The notes beneath the pieces are model-generated. The model worked only from the letters and a program-made list of their open reading frames with translations. It ran no database searches and was not told the DNA's origin. 64,000 nt of DNA, taken from IMG/VR virus record IMGVR_UViG_3300015615_000629, positions 368,711-432,710 of that record; one strand, given 5' to 3'. Every line of letters begins with the position of its first letter. The first letter of the stretch is position 1. The stretch comes from a virus. Its lineage: Duplodnaviria > Heunggongvirae > Uroviricota > Caudoviricetes. The position numbers were made by a program, and so were the translations under genes. Positions 56,100-64,000 of this stretch are shown here, in pieces.

Positions 56100-56462
56100 A
56101 TGCTTATAAAAAACATGAAGCTTTTACGACTGGACGCTCCCAACAAAAACGGTGACGTTTTTCCTTCTAGTTCCGTTCTGCCAATCGTAAAAAATGAATA
56201 TTTTGGTCATATTGAACTCAAAACCCGCAAGACTTCCCAAACCAGCCATAAAGTATTTAACATCCGCACCGAATCGGATGAATCTGGAACCTTTTTAGTA
56301 GGCGATATTAAGATATTAAATACGCCAGCTGGTTTGGTTCTTCAGGATGCCCTTAATTCTGATAAACTTATCTCTATGGCTCCAAGACTTACGGGCAGGG
56401 TGGAAAATGGGGAGATAAAGCCACCCATCTCTATTCTTTCTATTGATATTGTTGAATCATGA
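56100..56462 (+). CDS. degenerate prohead-protease-like protein (T4 gp21 fold)
   Basis: PNKNGDVF, SHKV, GDIKILNTPAG, MAPRLTG in place of SSRGxG. Confidence 0.55.
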   Translation: MLIKNMKLLRLDAPNKNGDVFPSSSVLPIVKNEYFGHIELKTRKTSQTSHKVFNIRTESDESGTFLVGDIKILNTPAGLVLQDALNSDKLISMAPRLTGRVENGEIKPPISILSIDIVES

Positions 56463-56595
56463 ACTATCCCACATTGGGATTTCCTGCTTCGCTTACAGTT
56501 GCCTTTTGTCTATAATGACAAAATAAGTCTTACACCATATCCACAGGCTTTTTATTTCCGGTCGTTCCGACCTAGAAGATAATCTAATATAGTAT

Positions 56596-57315
56596 TCAAA
56601 AATTATTTATCATAGCGTACAAATCGTCTAAATTCTTAATTGTATCGTTATGTGGAGCAACCATCAAAATATTATTGGGATTCATGATAAAGTAAGTTAA
56701 TCCTCCCAAGTCACCGGATTCTTTTCTTATTTTCCTAGATTCTGTAAAGACCATTGCGTCGTAACCGCTCTTTTTTATCTCATCTACAAATTGTGGCTTG
56801 TCTAAAAGCCACCAAATATCTTCCATTGCCAATTTAGTCTTTTTTGTTCCGTTATAAGAATTGACTAATTGTAGTCCTATTTTTTTTGCGGTTAATGGAA
56901 TATTGTTAACATTTAACGGATTCTCTACTTTGCAATAAGCGTCATAAACCTTATAATCTCTGCCATATTTCGATCTATTGCTTCCAAAATAATTAGCGAT
57001 TGGCTTGGAGTTCGTCATAAAGACTCCAAGATTTTCTACGTCATACATTGCACCTAAAAATCCCAAACTTCTTTTTCCTGGCATGGGTTTTAATTCTTTT
57101 AAATCCATATTTGGAGAGCCATGATGCAATAGGATTGGATTAGAAGTGCCGAGTTTCTTAGCATAGCCTTCTCTATTAATTTCTTTAACCCAATTAAGGA
57201 CATTTTCTCGTCCTGCTGGGCCGATTTGTTTTAATCTATCGTTAAATTCTTGTTGAGAGTTTATTCCCTGCAGTTCTTGAGGTAACATAGACTCTAGCCA
57301 CAACTTAAACTCCAT
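56596..57315 (-). CDS. ADP-ribosyltransferase-like protein (ART-PolyVal-like) with capsid-targeting-like N-terminus
   Basis: LHHGS, GVFMTNS..IANYFG, VYDAYCKVENPL, GYDAMVF; MEFKLWLE start. Confidence 0.65.
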   Translation of the reverse strand: MEFKLWLESMLPQELQGINSQQEFNDRLKQIGPAGRENVLNWVKEINREGYAKKLGTSNPILLHHGSPNMDLKELKPMPGKRSLGFLGAMYDVENLGVFMTNSKPIANYFGSNRSKYGRDYKVYDAYCKVENPLNVNNIPLTAKKIGLQLVNSYNGTKKTKLAMEDIWWLLDKPQFVDEIKKSGYDAMVFTESRKIRKESGDLGGLTYFIMNPNNILMVAPHNDTIKNLDDLYAMINNF

Positions 57316-57946
57316 ATAAGCCTTTTCCCTTCCAAAGCATTTTATCTATCTTATGTGGGTGCTTCTTCATGAAGTCATCTGTGGTTTTCATTACATCTGG
57401 CGGCTTTACGCCTGGATTAGATTTTGCATAAAATTGCATTAAAAGTTGTCTTTTGTTCTTGTCCTCTTCTGGCCCAAAATCCCTTGGCCAGACTTTACCT
57501 TTTCTGAATACGTCTATCATTTTATTTCCAGTTACAACAAATTCTATTCCTTGATTATCCAAAGAAAACCAATCTCCTGGCTCTGCTTGCATGGGGGCCT
57601 CTTGAGGATATCTGGATTCCGAATCGTCTTGTCTTTTCTCGAAACCACGCTCATCTCCTACTTTAATCAACGCACCATAAGTCTTTATCTCATCGTCAGT
57701 TACATCATGAAACGTCTTGTTTAAAAGTCTTGCCACATGAGAAATTATGGCATTTAAGGCTCTTTGGAGGCTTCTTTTGTCGGTAGCAAAGACGGCCGGT
57801 TCTAATAAGTCTGCATACTCATCCCCATAAGCATCTTGTGTAAAACCACCCACATCAGGAACTAGTCCAATTTGCTTAATGTTTTTGGCGGCGACTTTGG
57901 TTGTGCCGTGCCAAAGGGACGTTTCCATAAAATTCCTGAAGTCCAT
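57305..57946 (-). CDS. ADP-ribosyltransferase-like protein with capsid-targeting-like N-terminus
   Basis: LWHGTT....NIKQIGLVP, AVFATD; MDFRNFME start. Confidence 0.6.
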   Translation of the reverse strand: MDFRNFMETSLWHGTTKVAAKNIKQIGLVPDVGGFTQDAYGDEYADLLEPAVFATDKRSLQRALNAIISHVARLLNKTFHDVTDDEIKTYGALIKVGDERGFEKRQDDSESRYPQEAPMQAEPGDWFSLDNQGIEFVVTGNKMIDVFRKGKVWPRDFGPEEDKNKRQLLMQFYAKSNPGVKPPDVMKTTDDFMKKHPHKIDKMLWKGKGLYGV

Positions 57947-57962
57947 ACAATATCTAAGCTTG

Positions 57963-58688
57963 ATGTTCCACATTAGAAAACCGTTAATATTGATAGGAAG
58001 TGTTTATAACGAGCAATCTACTAAATGGTTGGCGTTACAACAAGAATTTCTTAAAACAACCGCATCAAAATACGAATTCGTAGTTTATTTTAACGGCACC
58101 AAGCCTCCAGAAAAGGTTGACATCTTAGGGATTAATCTACAAAGTAAAGATAGCAGAGCGGAACACCTGTTGGGATTTAACAAAATATTGGACTATTTCA
58201 AAGAAGAAAAACGCTTTTCTCATTGCCTAATTTTAGACAGTGACGCCTTTCCCATTAAAAATGAATGGGATAAAATACTCCTAAAGAAAATAGAGCCTTT
58301 TGGAATGGCCTGTGTTATTAGATTTGAGAATCTAGACACATTCCCTCATCCTTGTGTCTTTTTTACCGATAGAAAATCTGTCGATAATGTAAACCCAAGG
58401 ATGTCGGAACAGAAAAACCTACTTGGCAGGAAGTTCAAGGAATTTAATCTAGACATTAAACAGCCATTCTTTCCGCTACTTAAGACAAACACCTATTCCC
58501 CACATCCTATTATTAGCACAATCTATTACAATTTGTTCTATCATCATGGTTTCGGTTCTAGGAATTTTTACTGCCGATCTGTCCATGTAGACAATTATTA
58601 TGAAACAAAAAATAGTGTCAAGTCCCTTTATGATGAACTAATTGAAAATCCAAAATTGTATATCAAAAGATTAAATGAAAACGCATAA
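57963..58688 (+). CDS. GT-A-like glycosyltransferase
   Basis: LILDSDAFP (DxD), PHPC, YHHGFGSR. Confidence 0.6.
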   Translation: MFHIRKPLILIGSVYNEQSTKWLALQQEFLKTTASKYEFVVYFNGTKPPEKVDILGINLQSKDSRAEHLLGFNKILDYFKEEKRFSHCLILDSDAFPIKNEWDKILLKKIEPFGMACVIRFENLDTFPHPCVFFTDRKSVDNVNPRMSEQKNLLGRKFKEFNLDIKQPFFPLLKTNTYSPHPIISTIYYNLFYHHGFGSRNFYCRSVHVDNYYETKNSVKSLYDELIENPKLYIKRLNENA

Positions 58689-59583
58689 TAACATCTGGTG
58701 GGAGCACCATAGGTCTGGTTGGAAACATGTTGTTGCGGAACTGTCTAAAATAGAAAAAGATATCTATTTTGAAGGCTATCTAGATGGTTTTTTCGGAAAT
58801 GGAAAACAATTTAATCAACCTTGGATCGGATTCTTTCACCACACCCCAACTCATCATCCTCTCACAAATCGGATTTACAATTTTAATGAAGATAGAAGTT
58901 TAAATGGTCTTATTCAATCCAAGGCGTTTTTAAACAGCCTAAATAACTGCAAAGGGCTTTTTACTCTTTCCGAACACTGTAAAGAATTTATTGCGAATAG
59001 AGTCAATGTAGATGTTCATAGTTTGAAATTACCCACAGAAAACGTCGAAACTTTCTTTGATTTGAACAAATTCAAAGCGAAACCAACAATTTGTGTAGTA
59101 GGACATTGGCAACGACTTTTTGGAACATTTTGTAATCTAAATACTACTTTCAACCGGTGTATTCTTAATTGGAACAAGAAAAATAAGGTAAGTTGGTTTT
59201 TGCAAAAGCATGAAATAAAAAGCGCTATTCCGATATTGCCGACTCTAACAAATACAGAATATGATGAATTTTTGTCTAAAACTGTGATTTTTTTAGAACT
59301 ATACGATAGCAATGCAAACAATATAATAGTAGAATGTATCGTTCGAAACACACCGGTGGTTATTAACAGGTTGCCCGCCACTGAAGAATATTTTGGAAAA
59401 AATTATCCTTTGTTTTATACTTCTAAAGAACAAGCCGAAACACTTCTAAATACTAAATCCATTAAATTAGCAGAGGAATACCTAAAATCTATGGATAAAT
59501 CTGATTTATCCTTGGACTCATTTGTCAATAAATTTAAAAAATTGGTTTCTCATCTGCCTGATTCAAAGAAAAAATTTATATGA
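58675..59583 (+). CDS. GT-B-like glycosyltransferase
   Basis: FTLSEH, VVGHWQR, YDEFLSKTVIFLELYDSNANNIIVECIVRNTPVV. Confidence 0.6.
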   Translation: MKTHNNIWWEHHRSGWKHVVAELSKIEKDIYFEGYLDGFFGNGKQFNQPWIGFFHHTPTHHPLTNRIYNFNEDRSLNGLIQSKAFLNSLNNCKGLFTLSEHCKEFIANRVNVDVHSLKLPTENVETFFDLNKFKAKPTICVVGHWQRLFGTFCNLNTTFNRCILNWNKKNKVSWFLQKHEIKSAIPILPTLTNTEYDEFLSKTVIFLELYDSNANNIIVECIVRNTPVVINRLPATEEYFGKNYPLFYTSKEQAETLLNTKSIKLAEEYLKSMDKSDLSLDSFVNKFKKLVSHLPDSKKKFI

Positions 59584-60182
59584 AATACCTAATTTCTTCG
59601 CATGCTAACTATTATCAAAAAACACTTCCTAAGATACTTGCATCTTTAAATTCGGAAAATGTTATCGTAACGATTGGTGGCGTTAAACAGATTTCCGAGG
59701 ACTACGGTGTCCAAGTAGATTGTGTAGAGTATAACAGTTTTGAGTATGTAAGCCTGATTAATTTTGTTGAAAAAGGCTATAAAAGTGATTTTGTATTTTT
59801 ATTACACGATACAATGTCTTGCGGAGATAAATTTATTGAATTATCTAAGAACTTCAATCCAGAGTTTAACGCCACAATGGCTCACCCAAAAGGCTTCTGT
59901 AACCTGGGTGTGTTTAAAGTAGAATATCTACAGGAGATAAAGCCTAAATTGTTGAAAATGAAGGACATGAGCAAAAGAGAGGCGATTCGTCTAGAAGGAA
60001 AATTCTTTAGACCAAATTTCACTACTTACCCAAATGCTGTATCTGAAAAAATAGAGATAAAAGACGTTTATGACACGGGAACTTTGAGATCCGTTGATCA
60101 TTACAAGGCAGTAAATATTTATAAATACGGAGCGAACAGTAGAAAAACATTACGTGCAGGAAAGATAATACTAGACCTATGA
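59580..60182 (+). CDS. glycosyltransferase-like protein
   Basis: ISSH..Y..KTLP, YNSFEY, FLLHDT. Confidence 0.5.
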   Translation: MKYLISSHANYYQKTLPKILASLNSENVIVTIGGVKQISEDYGVQVDCVEYNSFEYVSLINFVEKGYKSDFVFLLHDTMSCGDKFIELSKNFNPEFNATMAHPKGFCNLGVFKVEYLQEIKPKLLKMKDMSKREAIRLEGKFFRPNFTTYPNAVSEKIEIKDVYDTGTLRSVDHYKAVNIYKYGANSRKTLRAGKIILDL

Positions 60183-60853
60183 TTCCGCTTGTAATCAATA
60201 ACAGAAACCGTCTAACTACATTGAAAGCAATGATTAATTGGTTTTCTGATTTAAAGATTATAATTCTAGATAACGACTCGACTTATCCGCCATTGCTGGA
60301 ATATTATAAAGAAATCGACGCGGAAGTGGTTTTCATGGGTAAAAATTATGGCCATACGGTTCTATACCAATGGAAAGGCCATCTCAACTTCCCAGAAAGG
60401 TATTTCTTATATTCCGATTCAGATGTTGTTCCTAGAGAAGATTGCCCGAAAGACTTAGTGGAATACCTTCTAAATGCGAAAAAAACCTATCCTGGGGCGA
60501 GAAAAATAGGAGTCGCCTTGGAAATCAACGATCTGCCAGAAACCGAATTGAGAAACGAAATAATTAGTTGGGAATCTAAGTTCTGGAAACAGAAATATGA
60601 TGATTTCTTCATAGCCGATGTGGATACTACTCTGGCAATTTATGACAACACCACATGTCATTCTCATGGTATTTCAAATAGTTTAAGAACTAATTATCCA
60701 TACGTAGCCAGACATCTTCCTTGGTACACCAAAGTTCTTAGCTACGAAGATAGATATTATATCAAAAATGCCGATGCTAAATTGCCAAATGGCAAACTTG
60801 TAGGAATGTGGACGCAAAAGATGCATAGACTGCGAAAACTACGCATTTTATAG
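60179..60853 (+). CDS. GT2-like glycosyltransferase
   Basis: IINNRNRLTTL, ILDNDSTYPPLLEYY, YSDSDV, ADVDTT, ARHLPWY. Confidence 0.7.
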   Translation: MIPLVINNRNRLTTLKAMINWFSDLKIIILDNDSTYPPLLEYYKEIDAEVVFMGKNYGHTVLYQWKGHLNFPERYFLYSDSDVVPREDCPKDLVEYLLNAKKTYPGARKIGVALEINDLPETELRNEIISWESKFWKQKYDDFFIADVDTTLAIYDNTTCHSHGISNSLRTNYPYVARHLPWYTKVLSYEDRYYIKNADAKLPNGKLVGMWTQKMHRLRKLRIL

Positions 60854-61567
60854 TTTGAAATAATTACTTCGGCCACCATTTATCCTAATTGTTTGTCCAC
60901 TTATGAAGTTTTCGTCTTTACAAAGAAAAGAAATTACATTGGCGACTTCTTCTTTAAAGGATTTACGAAATAAAGTCTTATTATTGAATGGTTCGTTTCT
61001 TCTAAAAACTCCTGTCGGGGCTACAACATTTACACTAATGTTATGTGGTCTCAAGAAATTAGCAAGATATAATGCATATTGATGTACAGCAGCTTTCGCT
61101 ATGGCATAACCACACATTTCACTTTTTTCATTTGGCTTGTCTACGACATCTCCACCTACTATGATAATTTTACCCTTTTTTTGAGAAATTAAACATTGGC
61201 TGAATTTTTGGCAAGTCAACAAAGTACAGATAAAAATGTTATTTAAGATTTTGTTAAAATCATCTACTTTAATCAAATTTGGAACATCCTCTAAATTGGA
61301 AAGATGAGTACGGCCGGCGCAACAGACAACTCCTTGAATGCTATATTTGTTAGATATATAACCATAAAGATCGTCAACAACACTTTCCACTGATAAATCG
61401 CCATGAATATATTCACATTTAGGAGGTATCGTTAAAGCGTGCTCGGATTTTCCATGATAGACAACGTTTATTCCATCGGAATAAAGCGTATCAGCTACAG
61501 CCTTCCCTATTCCAGAAGAAGAACCTGTAACCAAGAAGATACGAGGTTTATTTGCGTTTTTAATCAT
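60848..61567 (-). CDS. short-chain dehydrogenase/reductase
   Basis: VTGSSSGIG, YAIAK (YxxxK), ISGQTIRINGG. Confidence 0.9.
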   Translation of the reverse strand: MIKNANKPRIFLVTGSSSGIGKAVADTLYSDGINVVYHGKSEHALTIPPKCEYIHGDLSVESVVDDLYGYISNKYSIQGVVCCAGRTHLSNLEDVPNLIKVDDFNKILNNIFICTLLTCQKFSQCLISQKKGKIIIVGGDVVDKPNEKSEMCGYAIAKAAVHQYALYLANFLRPHNISVNVVAPTGVFRRNEPFNNKTLFRKSFKEEVANVISFLCKDENFISGQTIRINGGRSNYFKL

Positions 61568-61574
61568 ATCTTAT

Positions 61575-62411
61575 ATGAGTAACATGACAGAATATAGATC
61601 CATAGAATTAAATGTTAAAATAGGATGCCCTATAGGATGTCTCTACTGCCCACAGGATAAATTTGTCAAAGCCAATATCGATACAAAAAGATTGCTATCA
61701 CAAGAAAACCTGGAAGCAATAATAAACAATCTTACATTTGGAAAGCAACTAGCAAAAGTTTTCTTTGCCGGAATGTCGGAGCCTTTTTCTCATGAGAAAT
61801 GTGTCGATTTTATTGAATATTGTAGCAATCATAAGTACATCACAAATGTTATCGTTTTCACAACCGGTTATCGACTTACAGATGAAAAGATACAGAGACT
61901 TTCTAAAATCAAAAAACTAAAAATGAACTTCCATGTTGGCGAGAAAGAAAAAATGCCGAATTTTGATGACAAAATATTGAACAAAATAGACCAAATTAAG
62001 AAATCAATTAAAAATTGTGACTTTATCAATGTGGGGTTTGAGAAAAATTCTAAACTAGAAAACCACTTGCAAAAGATAGGTGTAAATCTAAAATTTCAAC
62101 CAATCATTTCAAGATCGGGAAATTTAGAAGCAGTTGGAGATCAAACAATTGATAAAAAATTTACAAATTGTGCTGTCACGTGCCCAAGGGTAAGCAATGT
62201 AAAAAGACCGGTTATCCTACCGGATGGAACCGCTCTCGCCTGTGCGAACGATTATTCTTGTGAGCTTACGATTGGCAATTTGATTACATCTGTTTGGGAT
62301 GATTTAGATTTCGACAGAATCGCCAGATTGCAAAAAATCCCATGCGATTTGCCGTGTTTTAGAGATTGTCATTTGGCAACAAAATCTCGCCCTGAATTTA
62401 AAATGTTATAA
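61575..62411 (+). CDS. radical SAM protein with SPASM/twitch-like C-terminus
   Basis: GCPIGCLYCPQ (CxxxCxxC), AGMSEP, C...ILPDG..LACAND...IGNL. Confidence 0.85.
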   Translation: MSNMTEYRSIELNVKIGCPIGCLYCPQDKFVKANIDTKRLLSQENLEAIINNLTFGKQLAKVFFAGMSEPFSHEKCVDFIEYCSNHKYITNVIVFTTGYRLTDEKIQRLSKIKKLKMNFHVGEKEKMPNFDDKILNKIDQIKKSIKNCDFINVGFEKNSKLENHLQKIGVNLKFQPIISRSGNLEAVGDQTIDKKFTNCAVTCPRVSNVKRPVILPDGTALACANDYSCELTIGNLITSVWDDLDFDRIARLQKIPCDLPCFRDCHLATKSRPEFKML

Positions 62412-63842
62412 CATTGTTTTGTTTCGATATATTTTGTTGCCTAAAAAAATCGCGTCTAAACCAATATTGTTTATTATTTGATTTTTACAAGAGGATATAG
62501 GACTACCCATTGTGTTTAAAGATGTATTTAGAATGATCGGCAGTCCCGTCAAATTATAATATTCCGAAATAAGTTGATGGAAAACAGGGTTGTCTTCTTC
62601 TGAGACTGTTTGAACCCTGCATGTGCTATCGACATGAGTAACAGCGGGAATTTTATCATTTATAACGTTACAAGCATACAACATATATTGACTGACATTA
62701 AAGTCAACATAATCGCTTGCAAATTTTTGAAGAATAGCCCCTGCATAGGGTCGCCAAGGCTCTCGTTTCTTGACTTTTTTATTCAATAAGTCTTTATTTT
62801 CGGCTTTTGTTACGTTCATCAATATCGATCTGTTTCCTAAAGCCCTTGGGCCTAATTCACCTTGGCCTTGTGCCCAGCCTATTATTTTGTCATCAGCCAG
62901 CATTTGGGCGGCTTTCTTAATGGTTTCTTGTGTTGGTTTTTCTTTTATTTCATCATCTTGCCAATAGGGGAACCCATCTTTTGAAAAATCTTTCTCTCCA
63001 AAAAAACGGCGAAGAAATTCTAAACATCCTAAAGAAATTCCCCCATCGTAAGCGTGCGGCGGGATGTATAAATTGGGAAATATTTTTTTCAACCGATAAT
63101 TAAAAACAGTATTTTGGGCACAACCTCCGGAATACCCGATGAAATCATTAATCCCACAAAACCTTTCAAAAATTTCTACTATACGACTCCACCAATATTC
63201 ATGCCAAGCGTTGTAAGTTTCACAAACAATACCTTTTTTGGTGGGCTCGATATCTGATATGTCCAACTGTTTGAATTTAGGAAGTCCAAAATTTACGATA
63301 TCGTCCTCTGAATATGCTTGAAGTCCCATTAACTTGCCTGCCAGATCGTATTCTAAGCCTTCGAATTTCAATAATTTTCCCAATTTGAAAAAATCCCATC
63401 CCATATGAGGGAAAGATTCTTCGTGTAAAACAGTTGGATTGTTAGTCAAATTAGAAACTACTTTAACTGATTTGTAATGATCTCCTCTGCCATCTATAGA
63501 AATTCCAAAATTTAGTCTATCCGAATCTACGATTGGCCACAAACTAAGCATGTGAGCATAATGATGATCAAGGCAGAAACTCTTTAACAACTGCCCTTTG
63601 CAAAATAACTCATCTGGTTGGCATGTGCCTAAATTGTTTCGGTTTCCATCGGAATAAGCACAGTAATCTATATCCTTGAGGGACAGGCCCCAATCTTTTA
63701 AAGTGCTTGTTACAAAATCAAATTTAGCCTTATGGTGCTTTACCCCGAAATAACGTTCTGATTTTCGATATTTTATCAAACCGTCTATAGAAACGGCAAT
63801 ATTAGAATCGTGCCCCAAATAGAAACCAAGAAATATAGACAT
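62406..63842 (-). CDS. O-carbamoyltransferase (NodU/CmcH family)
   Basis: GHDS, DHHYAH, DGRGD, GKLMGL, GGCAQN, DGGISLG, GPRALGNRS, KREPWRPYA, HVDSTCRVQTV, LNTSLN. Confidence 0.92.
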   Translation of the reverse strand: MSIFLGFYLGHDSNIAVSIDGLIKYRKSERYFGVKHHKAKFDFVTSTLKDWGLSLKDIDYCAYSDGNRNNLGTCQPDELFCKGQLLKSFCLDHHYAHMLSLWPIVDSDRLNFGISIDGRGDHYKSVKVVSNLTNNPTVLHEESFPHMGWDFFKLGKLLKFEGLEYDLAGKLMGLQAYSEDDIVNFGLPKFKQLDISDIEPTKKGIVCETYNAWHEYWWSRIVEIFERFCGINDFIGYSGGCAQNTVFNYRLKKIFPNLYIPPHAYDGGISLGCLEFLRRFFGEKDFSKDGFPYWQDDEIKEKPTQETIKKAAQMLADDKIIGWAQGQGELGPRALGNRSILMNVTKAENKDLLNKKVKKREPWRPYAGAILQKFASDYVDFNVSQYMLYACNVINDKIPAVTHVDSTCRVQTVSEEDNPVFHQLISEYYNLTGLPIILNTSLNTMGSPISSCKNQIINNIGLDAIFLGNKIYRNKTML

Positions 63843-63843
63843 T

Positions 63844-63999
63844 TTATCTCTTGAGAACAAAATCTAAAAAAGATTGTTTGAGTTGGAAATTTGGAAAGAC
63901 TTCTCTTTTTTTCGTTCCCCCTTTTTCAGGAAGTGCCATCTTGATTCTGCTGGCAACTAAAGAGTTCTTAGAGAAAAATCCTTCTGGGTTTTGCTCGTC
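63844..63999 (-). CDS. 3' end of a gene entering from the window edge
   Basis: Open frame ...ALPEKGGTKKREVFPNFQLKQSFLDFVLKR* ending 1 nt before the next ATG. Confidence 0.45.
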   Translation of the reverse strand, partial: DEQNPEGFFSKNSLVASRIKMALPEKGGTKKREVFPNFQLKQSFLDFVLKR

Positions 64000-64000
64000 A

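Noticed and set aside
1-64000. Stop-codon reassignment
   Set aside because: Long conserved genes (sheath, nadE, pncB) are intact under code 11, and TAA, TAG and TGA all end genes at coupled junctions.
1-64000. tRNA, rRNA, integrase or att sites
   Set aside because: None recognised by eye. A tRNAscan-SE/ARAGORN run would be needed to exclude atypical tRNAs.

Overview
This window reads as a 64 kb slice of a large, AT-rich, gene-dense tailed-phage genome of T4-like/jumbo myovirus type. It carries a tail sheath, two tail-tube paralogs, gp13/gp14/gp15-like neck proteins, a baseplate-hub-like gene and a gp55-like late sigma factor. The host is probably a planctomycete, inferred from a PEP-CTERM protein, NPYxxP-motif membrane proteins and a LolA-like exported protein. 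Main points of interest: (1) a four-enzyme deamidating NAD+ salvage route (pncA-pncB-nadD-nadE plus a Nudix hydrolase), with a different enzyme set from the described phage NARP1/NARP2 routes; (2) about 12 unrelated proteins sharing an N-terminal M-x-F-x-x-[WF]-x(1-7)-E peptide like the T4 capsid-targeting sequence, including two tandem ADP-ribosyltransferase-like proteins, a Nudix and a double-HTH protein; (3) a stand-alone PEP-CTERM surface-protein cassette; (4) three E2-like (Prok-E2 family D-like) paralogs; (5) a candidate -1 frameshift in the baseplate-hub gene; (6) a compact structured RNA-like element at about 18.85-18.97 kb; (7) a glycan-tailoring cluster in which six consecutive proteins end in a similar basic/hydrophobic C-terminal tail. 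Several real ORFs missing from the supplied track were translated by hand. No tRNA, rRNA or CRISPR array was recognised. All family calls rest on motifs recognised by eye, without database searches.
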